Below, one piece after another: positions 35,763 to 48,707 of a stretch of DNA of 64,000 nucleotides; within the stretch, counting starts at the first letter, position 1, and every line of letters starts with the position of its first letter. The notes under the pieces were generated by a model. It worked only from the letters and a program-made list of their open reading frames with translations. It ran no database searches and was not told the DNA's origin. Both the position numbers and the translations under genes were made by a program. This DNA is from Paraspadella gotoi (lineage: Eukaryota; Animalia; Chaetognatha): assembly GCA_051294375.1 (NCBI GenBank), contig JBJCIZ010000239.1:3530461-3594460 (forward strand). The letters run 5' to 3'.

Positions 35763-37178
35763 CCTCCTGGCCTCGCGAAGGAAAAGGAAGCGTCCTTTTG
35801 TATCCGTCTCTGATGTTAGGAATAACCAGTAGCTCTGATGGGGAGGAATTGGTTCATCCCCTCGGGACAGTGGGGACGAGGAAAGAAGCTAGAGAAAGGA
35901 CGGAGGGAGGACGACGACGAAGGAGAAGAGGAAGAGAGTCGTTTGGCGAGAGGACAGAGTCCGTCGACGCTCTTGGGGGCGGGGCCGCCTTTGATGGAGA
36001 GGGTAGGGAGAGGGAGAGAGAGAAGAGAGAAAAGGGAGAATCGGATCGGGATCAATCTTATATATAGCACTTCAATCAATCTCTTTGGAGAAAAAAAAAA
36101 GTTAATCTCTAGTGCGTTCAATCAATCAATCCGCTCAAACGTTTCGATCAATCAATAAAAACAGTCGTTCGATTCAATCAATCCAATCGGTTCTTAAACG
36201 TTTAATCAATCAATTAAAAAAATCTAAAATAGTTAAATCTGCTAAAACGTTATCTTAATCAAAGCGATCGATTCATCTTTCAATTAATAAATTATATCAA
36301 TCGATGCATTGATTCATTTATTAAACGTTTCAACTCTATCGATCGATTCAATCAATCAACTTCTTACCGCCGGCTCCTTGGCGAGGATCTTGTTCAGCGA
36401 CTCCAGCAGTGAGTGTCCAGCCTCTCGCCAACGGACAAACAGCAGAGTGTTGATGCGACCCAAAGTGTCGACGAGCGATCTCAAGACTTGTCAGCACCCT
36501 CTGTCCCGGAAAGAAGAGAAAAAATGATTACCTTTTGTTTTTTTGTTTTGGGTTCCACGTGAATCCAAAAAATCTGATGTTTTGGACGTTAAATAGTAAA
36601 CAAACATAAGTATTTCTAAATACTACGAAATGTAAAATGAAATTTTTAAAAACTCAAACTAATTTCATATTGTTTTATTCCTGACATATACTTGTTTTAA
36701 GTACTGTTTTGAAAGTCTCGTAAAAAACAACATAAGTTATTTCTAAATTACTTCGAAACTGTAGATGAAATTTTAAAAACTCAATCAATTTCATATAGTT
36801 TATCCTACTCTACATATAGTTTATTTTTAAGTACTGTTTTGAAAGTTTCGTCATTTCTGTCTCTACGTTATTCCGTCTGTCTGCCTCCTTCCGCCCGTCT
36901 GTCTGTCCTTCCGCTCGTCTGTCATGTCCTTCCGCCCGTTTGTCTCTTAAATCCTGAACCGACCTGTGTTATTTCTGCGTCGTAAGTACGAGGGTAGGGG
37001 CTCATCGGACGAGGATTCAAAATCCGTCCTCTCCGAAGTTCCGAGACGCTGTGTGTTGGAGGATTTTGAAGTCTCGACTTCGTCGGCCTTGCAAGCCCAG
37101 CCTCGAGTCGATCGTTGAAGACGACGACGGCACAGGAGGAGATACCCGGCGGGATCGAGCTTGAGGAGGGAGCAGGAT
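35763..37178 (-). pseudogene. Duplicate of the three 5' exons of the C-type lectin gene
   Basis: Collinear with 26046-27428. Indels are present and the downstream exons are absent. Confidence 0.55.
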
Positions 37179-40100
37179 CTGAGGGAAATAAGAATTTAAT
37201 TGAAAGAGAATGGATGCAGAGAACGAAGTTAAGTAGGCAAGAAAGAGAAGACATGGGTATTGTACAAGTACGTACTAATGGAGGTCCTATGAGTAGAAGA
37301 GAAGAAAGAAGAGAGATCGTCGAGTAGGGAAAACAGAGAGAAAGAAGAGACAAAAGAAAAGAAATTTAGGGGATAGAGGATGAAAGGGGAAAAAAAAGGT
37401 GAGAGGAAAGGGGATACAGCGTGTATAAAAAAAAAAACAATAAAAAAAAACAAATAAACAGAAAAAAATAAATAATAAAGAAAAGAAATAAAAAAATAAC
37501 TAAAAATCAAAAACTAAAAAAACAAAAAAAATAAAAAAAAACGAGGACAAGAAGAGCAATCTATAGTCGTCTTATCTCCTCCAAAAAAAAAAAAAAAAAA
37601 ACCAACAAAAAATCGCCAAAAATGTTACAAAAATCCGTCGTCTTATCACATTTTATCGAATTTCACGATATTTTTATCGAATTTTATCTTAATAAGTTAA
37701 ACTGAATTTTTATCGAATCTCGTGACGTAATTGTCTCTTCACAATCGCATGTTGGTTTTTTAAGACGCGCGCGAGCTTCTGGCGACGTCGTCGTTCGTCT
37801 CGTCACGTCGTCGTCTTTCTTATTCCATGGCACTAGCTGAGCGCGCGAGCCTGGACCGTGGACACATGCATCTCTTTTTCGGTCTCGCTCGGTCGTCGTC
37901 GTCGTCCTCTTCGTCGTCGTCGTCGTTCCTCCGTTCGTCGTCGGTCGTTCGTCCGCTTCGTCGTCGTTCGTCGTCCTCTTCGTCCGTCGTTGGACGTCGT
38001 CGTCCTTATTAGTTGTCGTCGTCGCGTCCCTTTACGATGATGCATTGTTTGGTTTCAAAGACAGTTGCTCTTAAATCCTTCTTCGGCTGCAAGAGAGGCG
38101 AAATAGGGAGAGGGGGGTGGAGTGCGTGAGAGCTGAGAGAGAGCCGAGAGTGTGTCAGAGGAGGAGATGGTGTCGATACTAGAGATCGACTGACATGGGC
38201 GTCGATGAAAGTAGAGATGAGGAGCGTGCAGTAAGAGAAGAGGGAGGCACAATTGTTATATTTGAAAAAGGGCCATCCAGGGTTAAGCCCTGCCTCCTTC
38301 CTTCATGTGCCGCCTTATATTAAGAGAGAGTGAGAAAAGAGCGGTAAATTCTCTTGACTCGCTAAGTCGATGCAGATTTCTTTCCTAAAAGTTAAAATTT
38401 TTATTCAAAACTTAACTTGGTGATTTTAATTTTTGTCAATTAGACTGATGACACACAATGAGCCAGATAAGAGTAGCGTAAATAATAGAAGTTGGAGAGC
38501 GAATCACAATTGGACTGATGAAAAGGTTCAGAGATATTAGGAGGAGATCGACTAGAGAACAATGCACTAGACTGTTGACAAGAGAACCTATAGCTCCTAC
38601 TCGCATATAGGCCGAACGCAGTACACAAATCACTCATGAAGTACATTCTTTTTTTCTTTTTCGTGAATATGAGAGTGAGGTGAGGAGAGGCGGGGTATGG
38701 GGGTGGATATACTAGATAGGTTAAGGTGGCGGAGTAATAGTGTCCTAGCGTGTGCTTGACTGATGGGTACATTGATAACATGAAAATGAAATATAAAATA
38801 AGGACGGGATCGGACAAGAGAACTCAAATAAACTAGGTAAACATTATAATAATTTGTACATAATATATAATTGTATAGACCAGAAAATTAAGAACTTAAT
38901 TAAATCATTAAGAGCAAACTTTCAACAATGAGCTAAATAGACAGAGAAAAAACGTGATCTAACCGACAAGAAATTATAATAACATTCCAATTAAATGGTC
39001 TTTTCGCACATACTCGTGTCTCAAAGTATTCAAAAAGTGAAAAATTCCGGGAATGTCTTCTGTTACAACATTCACTACCTAAAAGAAATCAACAATACTC
39101 CAAAAAGCATTAAAAGCGTGAGGTGCAAACATCATAGCTCTTTCTTTTGTGAGCGTCGAAGAACAACTTTAATTTCCTAAACACATCAGCATCTACTTTC
39201 TATTTTGTGAAACGGCATCCCCTGACCCCACATTGGTCCCTGGCCTTGGATCCATCGATTACTGCGACTAAAACCTTTACACACCTATAATCTGCTTCTT
39301 ACCAACTCGTGGCCCTTCATGTTCCCTTTTTCTCTGTCTTCCCTGTAATGTTTAGTATTGTAGTATTACGGATTTACAAAATTAATTATTCCTTATGAAA
39401 CTATTTTCATCGAAGAAAATAGAATACGATACAACACGAATTAGACTAACAAAACTGTATTTTAAATCCTTACTCTCGCTCTTAATATTCAATATATAAT
39501 TGACGATATAAATTCAAATGATAAAAGTGCGAAAAGCCGAAATAACATTATTTAACCTTATCNNNNNNNNNNNNNNNNNNNNNNNNNNNNNNNNNNNNNN
39601 NNNNNNNNNNNNNNNNNNNNNNNNNNNNNNNNNNNNNNNNNNNNNNNNNNNNNNNNNNNNNNNNNNNNNNNNNNNNNNNNNNNNNNNNNNNNNNNNNNNN
39701 NNNNNNNNNNNNNNNNNNNNNNNNNNNNNNAGCGATTCGTACGTTCGTAGTATCGAATCCTTTTAAGTAAGTAAATGTTACGTCTTAAAGAATTGGTAAG
39801 AAAGGGAGGAAAGGATGATAAGAGACGTCAATTTCGCCGTAATCTCAACACGTGGCGAACAATATGCGCAGATGCCGATCCCATTATCTCGCGGATCAAC
39901 ATAATAAAAGATAGTGGAGCAAAGTGAGCTGAAGACGACTATGCGTATCTTCTTTGCCAACCTCAGCAGCAATGGAANNNNNNNNNNNNNNNNNNNNNNN
40001 NNNNNNNNNNNNNNNNNNNNNNNNNNNNNNNNNNNNNNNNNNNNNNNNNNNNNNNNNNNNNNNNNNNNNNNNNNNNNNNNNNNNNNNNNNNNNNNNNNNN

Positions 40101-40462
40101 NNNNNNNNNNNNNNNNNNNNNNNNNNNNNNNNNNNNNNNNNNNNNNNNNNNNNNNNNNNNNNNNNNNNNNNNNNNNNNNNNNNNNTAATGGCTTTACTCA
40201 ATGAGCCACCGGGTCACGACTGAAGAAAATATACTTAATATTGCTTATTGCTAAATTGCTTATAGGCGGGGCGAACTGCAATGCCCTACAACAGATGTTT
40301 TATATTTAAAAGCGTCTTATATCAAAATAGTTTTTCTTTCTCTTTTTCATCGCTAACATAAAAAATCCCTGCAGTTTATTCAATTTCTGTTTACACAAGT
40401 GCATGTTGAAAGAAAGAAATAACTGACCCGTTTAAAGCTTAAAATTCGGGAGCGATCCACTA

Positions 40463-40510
<48 letters not shown>

Positions 40511-41374
40511 ACGATTCTTCGATCTTCAACCTGGTGTTCAGGATTCCTACAACAAATTGAGGGGCTGAGATTCCTCTCGCTCTCTGGTTTCGCTTCCACT
40601 CTCTCTCTATCGTTCCCGCTTTTAAAATCGGATATTATTTTTATTTTTTTCCTGGTTCGTCTTCTTCGATACAAATTTTAACGAAACTAAATCTTTCCGG
40701 GGATCGATTAAATTTTAGACAAAATAACAATCGAATTAAGAATAACAACAATAACACAACAACGGCGGGAAACGGGATTTAAAATCTAATTTGTCGATAA
40801 TTGTCGTTTCTCACAAACCAAACACGGCATTCCAGGCTAATTTTTTTTCTCTTTCTCCTCCAGAAACCGCGATATCTTATTCCAAAATAGTTTTTAATAT
40901 TTCCATCAATGATATTCTTTTAAGGACACCGACACCGACAAATTTTTCTCTTTCATGGTGCATTTATTTTGATAATTATTGTTTAATGTTTTAATACAAA
41001 TTTTTTTTTTACTTTTCAAAATCTCAGGCAAATCCAGTCGTNNNNNNNNNNNNNNNNNNNNNNNNNNNNNNNNNNNNNNNNNNNNNNNNNNNNNNNNNNN
41101 NNNNNNNNNNNNNNNNNNNNNNNNNNNNNNNNNNNNNNNNNNNNNNNNNNNNNNNNNNNNNNNNNNNNNNNNNNNNNNNNNNNNNNNNNNNNNNNNNNNN
41201 NNNNNNNNNNNNNNNNNNNNNNNNNNNNNNNNNNNNNNNNNNNNNNNNNNNNNNNNNNNNNNNNNNNNNNNNNNNNNNNNNNNNNNNNNNNNNNNNNNNN
41301 NNNNNNNNNNNNNNNNNNNNNNNNNNNNNNNNNNNNNNNNNNNNNNNNNNNNNNNNNNNNNNNNNNNNNNNNNA

Positions 41375-42150
41375 TATCGCCCTACCACCGCCTGAACATC
41401 GTCTTTGCATCGCCTCAACATCGCCTTGGATTGTAAACTCGAGGTAACCAACAAAAGTTAGTCAAAACAATAACATCCACACCGAGCGGGAAACGGATCT
41501 AGAAATCTAATCTCTGCTCGCTAATTGTCAGTCTTCTCACAACACACACACGGCATTCAGGCTAATTTTTTTTCTCTTTCTCCTGCTCAGAACGCGATAA
41601 GTCTTATTCCAAAATAGTTTACTAATATTTTCCATCAATGATATTCTTTTAAGGACAGCGACAGCCGACAAATTTTTCTCTTTCATAGGTGCATTTATTT
41701 GATAATTATTTCGTATTAAATGAATTGGTACAAAATTTTTAATACAGAATTGTTTTTTTTAACTTTTCAAAAATCTCGAGGCAAATCCAAAGTCGTTGGG
41801 CGAGACGACACTTCCACTCCGAAAGACGCATTATAATATCCGCACTCCGCCATCGCCATGAACTATAGTACCATCGCTTTAAATATATGCCGTTAACATC
41901 GCCTATTTCATCGCCTTAACTTGTCGCCGTTAAAATCGCTTTACATACTGCCTAAGCACCGGCCTGAACATTGCCTTTCAATCGGCGTTAAGAATCGCTT
42001 TACATGATCACTACCTACTGCCGCCGTGAACGTCGCCTTTGCATTGGCCTTACCTGTTTGCCATTAAAATCACTTTAATATCTGCCCTAGCAACCGACCG
42101 CTGAACATGTCTCTTGGCAGTCGCCTCAACATCGCTATGGCATTGTAAAC
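41375..42150. repeat. Degenerate short-period repeat (CATCGCCTT[A/G]A-like) with local duplications
   Basis: ATCGCC/ACCGCC units recur. 40760-41040 is repeated at 41480-41790. Confidence 0.6.
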
Positions 42151-42307
42151 TCAGAGGTACTCTAACAAACAGTTAGTCTCATTATTGTCAAAATTTCAAT
42201 CCTCTTTTAAAAACCCCAGCACCTAAAAGCGCTCACACACACCGCGCGCCTCACCCGGTCTCTTCTCTACCTTCTGCAGTACCGGCATAACCCCACTGAC
42301 TCCCCAG

Positions 42308-43803
42308 AAAGGCGCCAAAGCTCCTCCCGGCTCCCCGNNNNNNNNNNNNNNNNNNNNNNNNNCCCGCCCGACGAGATCGAGTCCATCCGCTCCGAAACGG
42401 GCTTGACCGAAACAGCCGTCGCCGACTTGTGGGACCGCTTCCGAGAGCTGGACCGACACGGCCGGGGAACGCTCGGCCGAGAGGACTTTCTCGCCATTCC
42501 GGATTTCATGCGCAACCCGCTCGCCGATCGAATCACGCATCTCTTCTTCCCGGCGCGGGGCGAGGGAAAGGGCAGCGTCGGGAGTCTCGGCAGCGTCGGC
42601 AGCAGCGTCACCGAAGCCGAGGCGGAGCAGCGCGTCGACTTTCGGCAATTCGTCCGGACGCTGGCGATTTTCCGGCCGCTGAGCGAGAAGGAGTTGAGGG
42701 ATTCAGAAGATGGGAAAGATTTTGTTAATTCGAAGAAGGAGAAACTGAGATTTTCATTCAGGTACAAAAATTTTTTTTTGGGGGGAAGGGGGGTAGCAAA
42801 CCCTCAAGCCTGGTTCCAAGCCCAGGACCCGTTCCATGGCTGCTGGAGGGGGTTATAGAAGTTATGGCGAGTCATCTTCATCCCGGTGGCTCATTGAGTA
42901 AAGCCATCAGCTCATGACCACAAAGTACCGGGTTCAATCCCAACCTGGTACCTACCCTGCGGGAAGCGTGAGGACGGCCGTAAGCCGCCTTGGGGGCGTG
43001 GCAAACCCTCAAGCCTGGTTCCAAGCCCATGGACCAGTTCCATGGCTGCTGGAGGGGGTTATAGAAGTTATGGATAGTCATCTTCATTAAATCATTAAAT
43101 CACAATTTTCACGTAAATTAGAAATTTAATAACCTCGTCAGTCGTCACAAAGAATTAAGTCGTTGATTTGATTTAATTAATTTTATATTAACTACTTGAA
43201 AAGTCGATAACAAAGGCAAAAACGGGTTCTACGTTTCATGAACGAATTATCAAAACGATAATGAACGGACGATATACTCGAAGAAGATACAACGGGGTTA
43301 AGATGTAGTTGATAACAATACTTTGGACGTCGATTAAAAAGGAAGAGAAAAAACGGTGGTTATAGTTCTTTGGCTTGAGATTTCGAATGAGTGAAACATC
43401 ACAATGTAAGGAGAAGAAAAGGTCAGCCGACAACGACGACGACGGTGACTGAGGCTTCACCGTAGTTTGGTGAAAGGATTCTTTGAGTGAGAGGTTATCT
43501 CGATGACCGAGGTCAAACTCGAGTCGTCGGAACATTAGGTTGTCTTCAATCTCACTTCCCTCTCAGAATGTACGACATCGACGGGAACGGCGAGATCCAA
43601 GAGACGGAGAATCCTCGAGGTCCTTCAGTATGATGCTCGACCTCAACATCGACCCCAACACCTCGTTCACGAACATGCCACAGCGTGGGGGCACCTTCAC
43701 GCGACAAGGACGGCGACGCCATGATCACCTTCGAAGAGTTCTTCCGCACGTTGCAGCACACAGATATCGACAAGTCGTTGAGTCTGCGGTATTCATGTGA
43801 TGA
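42308..43803 (+). CDS. CHP1: Calcineurin B homologous protein (EF-hand), two exons; gap and frameshifts in the assembly
   Basis: Exon 1 to 42761: DEIESIRSETGLT...LWDRFRELDR...TLGREDFLAIP...NPLADRI...VDFRQFVRTLAIFRP...NSKKEKLRFSFR. GT-AG intron 42762-43566. Exon 2: MYDIDGNGEI...DKDGDAMITFEEFFRTLQHTDIDKSLSLRY. Confidence 0.85.
42790..43087 (+). mobile_element. SINE copies (one partial, one near full length) in the CHP intron
   Basis: GTGGCTCATTGAGTAAAGCC...CCGGGTTCAATCCC head plus the shared body. The 3' part is tandemly duplicated. Confidence 0.75.
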
Positions 43804-44817
43804 AGGGGAGGAGGGTGTGTGTGGTTGCTGGTTGTGGGCGTTAGGGTGGATGGTGGAGGTTGTTGAGGATACGGTGGTTTGGTTGTGGTGGAACTGGTGA
43901 AGGATGTGGTTGGAGCTGGATGAGCAGGTGTATGTGCAGCGGGGATTGTAAAGATGGTAGACTTCTTTCAGATTGTGGTGGAAAATTGTTGGGGAAGATT
44001 CGTGGTTGAAGATGGTGGAGCTTGTTGGGGAATATTGGGGAAGATCGATGATGTTGAACAATATTAAGAGGATACTACATCACTTTTGTACATTACTTTG
44101 TGCACAACCAAAAAAAAACAAAAAAAAAACTAGCAAAGCCAATATTATTGATTATATTCTTTTTTTATATTTTTCCCCATCTTTTTTAATTTTAATTTAT
44201 GATTTAATATTACATTAAATTTTAAACTTACTTTCTCTTCGATCTTGATTTTGACAGAAAGGAAAGCAGACCAGTTCGGGAATGTATTTAGAGCAGTTGA
44301 AGTTTGTCACTGAAAAAAAATAAGAAAAAAACCAGTTATGTCGAACCAATTATTACTATTTCAACTGTATTTTATGTTTAGTGTTTACGCTGACTCACGG
44401 CTGAGTAAGAAAAATACCTTTCTCACCTTAGTTAGCAAATATAAAAACGGACAAGTTACAAGAAAATAATATTAAAGATACGTCGCTGTATCTTAAATCA
44501 TTAAGCTTTGGTACGTGTACCATAAGACAATCCGTTTAGTACGATTTTTTTTTTTATTTCTTGCGTGTTTTTTTCCGAGTTCCTTCCGGCCAATCAGAAT
44601 AAGACGGAGGAGCCAAAAGTGGCGAGCGACTTGATAATCTATTCTTTACGATTCGGCCATGAAAATGCGTTGTTTTCCCCCTGGACAACGACGACGACGA
44701 CGACGACGACGATGAAGACGATGACGACCAGGAAAGTAGGTCATTGCCTCAAAATTTAAAGTGCATCAAGCTAGAGTCTTTCGCTGCAATTAGTATAATT
44801 TTTCGTCGAGATTCGAA

Positions 44818-46491
44818 ATGGTTTCGAAAACAATAACCACAACACCGACGCCCAGCCTGGCGCCGCCAGTCCATCCAGCGCCCGACGGCGGCGCCCCCGC
44901 TTGGCTCGCGGCGTCGGCCTTCGGACTCTGGCACGTCATCTTCGCCTGCATCGACAAATCCTACGGCGTCGCTCTAGTCGTTTTGCGCGCCGCTTTTCCC
45001 GACGCCACCGAAACTTCTCTCGCCGGCGTCGGCTCTCTCGTCCTCTGCCTGACCTTTCTCGTCGCACCGGCTTCGTCGGCGCTTATTTCTCGCGGCGTCA
45101 CGGCGCGCCGCGTCATCCTAGCGGCGACGGTCCTCTCCGTGGTCGGCGCCGTTTGTTCCGCCTTCGCCGATTCCATGTTCCAACTCTATCTGACGTTCGG
45201 CGTCCTCATCGGCGTAGGCGTCGGTCTCAGTTTCAACGCCTCCTTCATTGCAGTTGGTCGATACTTTGACAAGAACCTTCCCGTCGCTATGGCCATCGGC
45301 TTTGTGGGCGGCGGCGTCGGTGGCGCCGCCATGCCGCCGCTATTCGTCTATCTGGTGGATGAGTTTGGCCTTCGAGGCACGTTGGTCATCGTGGGAGGGA
45401 TTCTGCTGAATTTTTTTGTCGTTGGAGCGATGACCTGGCCGTTGGAGGAGAGCAATGGGGAAAAGGAAGCTTCGACCGCAGTGGAAAGCTTGGCAAAAGC
45501 TTGGGCCAAGTTATTCGTCGGCGACAACCCAAAGTTGGAAATTTCCAAGACTTCAACAACCGAAACTCGTTCAGTCAAAATTAAGCCGTCCACTTATGGC
45601 TCCAACACCGAGCGACAAAAGGAACCAATTCAAATCTTAAAAACAGAAATAATTCGAGTAGAGGAGTCGAAAAAAGCTTGGCACTCTCTGGAAGTCAGTT
45701 CCGAAAAGCAATCAAAAATTTTCAACGTCTCAAAATATTTTTGTTGCAATTCGAATTCTACTGAACGCTGGACTGATCCGATCGAAGTTATTAATCTGGA
45801 AAACAAGAGAGACAAAGAATCGACTAAAATCCGTGAAGAACTAAAAAACTCAACCGATCCCCAGTTGATGAGTTCATCTTCCTCATCTCATCTCAACTTC
45901 TCCGTGCTCCTCGATCCAGTCTTCATCTTATTTCTCGCTCATCAATTCATTACCGTCGCCTGCGGCTACTGGTCCTACGTCTACCTGCCGAGCCTCGTTA
46001 TGGAACGCGGCCTGACCCGGTCCGAGGGGGCGTGGCTCGTTTCCTTCGTGTATCTTACCGAGATCGTCGCTTTGCCATCCGCGGGACTCGCGCTCAAGTT
46101 TTTTCGCAACAGATGGCGGGCGATCGCCATCTTGGATTTGGTCTTCATGGCGACCGCCGATGTTCTCCTTCCAAACGCGACGCGTCACGCGCATTTCATC
46201 GTCTACGCCGTCGTTCACAGCGCCCTCTTCAGCGTCACGCTCGTCATTCGAACGCCCCTGATGAGGGATCTCGTGGGAGAGAGATACTGGACGAGCCGCG
46301 CGGGTTGTCTCAACTTTGTCATCGGCCTTGGGGTCGGGGTGATGCCTTTACTTTCCGCCGAGGTCGTTTCGAATTTCGGCGGATACGCGTCCGCCTACTA
46401 CTTTAACGGATCCGCGCAAGCGGTGGCGGCCATGTTTTTAACTTTGGCGGGCGTTCTTAGGGCGAAAAGGCCTTTTATTGAAGAGTTATGA
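44818..46491 (+). CDS. Monocarboxylate transporter family (SLC16, MFS) protein, 557 aa, intronless CDS
   Basis: APDGG motif before TM1, KSYGV, GVGLSF...VGRYFDK...AMAI, LVDEFGLRGTLVIVGGILLN. Twelve hydrophobic segments with a long central loop. Confidence 0.92.
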   Translation: MVSKTITTTPTPSLAPPVHPAPDGGAPAWLAASAFGLWHVIFACIDKSYGVALVVLRAAFPDATETSLAGVGSLVLCLTFLVAPASSALISRGVTARRVILAATVLSVVGAVCSAFADSMFQLYLTFGVLIGVGVGLSFNASFIAVGRYFDKNLPVAMAIGFVGGGVGGAAMPPLFVYLVDEFGLRGTLVIVGGILLNFFVVGAMTWPLEESNGEKEASTAVESLAKAWAKLFVGDNPKLEISKTSTTETRSVKIKPSTYGSNTERQKEPIQILKTEIIRVEESKKAWHSLEVSSEKQSKIFNVSKYFCCNSNSTERWTDPIEVINLENKRDKESTKIREELKNSTDPQLMSSSSSSHLNFSVLLDPVFILFLAHQFITVACGYWSYVYLPSLVMERGLTRSEGAWLVSFVYLTEIVALPSAGLALKFFRNRWRAIAILDLVFMATADVLLPNATRHAHFIVYAVVHSALFSVTLVIRTPLMRDLVGERYWTSRAGCLNFVIGLGVGVMPLLSAEVVSNFGGYASAYYFNGSAQAVAAMFLTLAGVLRAKRPFIEEL

Positions 46492-46861
46492 GTTGGTATT
46501 TTTTTAATTTAATACACGATCTTACGCTTTATCAGATTTAGTTAAGAAGAAATGTTAAATAAAAACCAAATAAAAAAAGTTAGAACATGAGAACAGAGTC
46601 AGATATAAAATATAGTATTGAAATAAAGATTTAAAAAAAAAATGAAATGAAACCCGAAAACTAAGAAAACTGGCAACTTAACTGCTAAATAGTGTATATT
46701 ATTATAAAATTTCAAGATGGTTCTTTTTATTTTCTGGTCAACAGAGGTAAATCCAGATTGCGTTATTTAAATTTAAATTTGTACAGTTTGCATAAACTGG
46801 ACGGGTATTTTCAGAATCAAAGATTCAAGGTAAGGCGTAACAGAAGGAAATTCTATTAGTC

Positions 46862-46919
<58 letters not shown>

Positions 46920-47141
46920 TTCTTATTTCTTTAAGTCTGTATTTAATTTTTTTTTTCATTTTTATAACTGTTTTCTACGTACCTTTGTCTTATATCTTTG
47001 CATAATTAATTGTGGAGTTTATTTCAATTTTTAATTGCATAGTTGCATAAACTTTAAAATAAAATTTAATAAAACATTAATTCTTTTTTCTCTCACCAGC
47101 CAATCTCTCCTTAATAAAAAAAAAAGCTCTCTCGCAATCCC

Positions 47142-48707
47142 TCATCGGATATCCAAAACCACTTCACCTGCCACTCCGCCGGAGTTGACAGGAAACTGCT
47201 CCAGCAGCCTCGACTTGAGCGTCTCGTGAAGCGACTCCAACCGTTCCAGCACTTCCTCCACGTCGACGACCCGCTGGAGCCGGTGCGCCGCCTCCGCCGC
47301 CTTCTCGAACACCATGACCCGATAGAAGCTGAGGGCGAGCTTGTAGCCGTCGCGTTTGCGGAAGATTTGGATGAAGGTGATGGCCGTGATGTAGGAGATG
47401 GAGACGAAGACCGCCATCACTTGATGGAGAAAATGGGGGAAAAGTGATGGGGTAAGATGACGAGGTTAATCGATGATGGGATTCAATAAAGGGAAGTGAT
47501 GTAAGAGATGATTATTTAATACGATCTTAAATGAGATTGAATTTCTCAATCTCATTTACATATTGCAGTATTAAATCTAAATGTGTCTATTTTAATTTTG
47601 GATTTTAATATTAGTTTTGTTTCATGATTTTCCAGTAGTGGGACAGACTGACGGACGGGCAGATGTAGAAGAAAGAAACAAGGATGGATGACTATCTAAA
47701 TACGAGATCTCAAAGATTCAGACTAATATGTCTTTAGAAACGAATAAAGGAGAAAAAAGGGGTGGGTATGTTGAAAGTCGTTAACAAATAGAAATGGCTG
47801 GGATGAGTCAATTTCAATATAACAAGTTTGAGCTTACAATCTCGCGCGAACAATATTTAACACGTAAAAAAGACGTACGGACAGACCATGAAAGGGACAC
47901 TCCCTTTTTCTCTCCGATGCCCTATCCCTCTCTTTTCCTACCCCTCCTCCTCCTCCCCTCTCTTCTTTCCCCCCCCCTCCCTCTCTTCTTCCCCCTCACC
48001 CTCGTGAAATTGAATCCACATGAGACGCCCCTTCCCGACTTTGACGTTGTAGCTTCGCGCCATGAGGAGACAAACCCAGGAAGAGACGGCGGCGGAAGCG
48101 TTGGTCGGAAGCGCGTCCGCCCCTCTGTTGGCGATGTGTTCCGCGAGGACGAGAGATTCCCCCGGATCGTCGTAGTCGGAGCATGTGGGGGAAATGTGGC
48201 TGGAAGCGAGGTTTGGGGCGTGGGCGAGAGTGTTGGAGAGGGGTTGATTTCGAGGCTTATATGATGTTTGGAGGAGAAATATGAAGACTAAATATTTAAT
48301 GAAAAAAATAATAAATGAGCTATCTTGCCTGCGGACTCCAAACTCTCTGGAAAAACGTTTAACCCCTAGAGCCGCCTATCGATGTAATAATGACTTTCTT
48401 AACTTTTTTTAATCGAATAAAAATACCACTAATTTTACTAGTGCTTATCTAGTCTGCAGTAAAACTACTCTTAGCTAAATGTTAGGTCAATGTTTCATAT
48501 TTAAGTCATAGGAGGAGTTTTTAAAATAATAAAATAACGAAATGAATCTAACTCCCTTCAAACTAACCTGTCCGGCAGAAACAGATCGTCAGCTGCATCC
48601 GTGGGAAAGTTGTCCCTCCGTATGAAATAGAGACTCGCGCCAAAGTCGACGAGGAAAAGCCCGGATGTAAATAAAAACGATAGAGCGAGATGGAGGCGCG
48701 TGATTGG
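47142..48707 (-). CDS. Uncharacterised membrane protein, last three exons (5' end in or beyond the gap)
   Basis: Exons 48707-48568, 48199-48000 and 47419-47142 join in phases 2 and 1. They encode TM LHLALSFLFTSGLFLVDFGASLYFI, a loop with two Cys, TM VMAVFVSISYITAITFIQIF and a helical tail. Confidence 0.7.

Larger units (their letters stand above)
35295..43235. repeat. Second duplication, copy 2
   Basis: Starts immediately after the 25-N gap at 35270-35294 and is collinear with 25505-34933. Confidence 0.85.
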
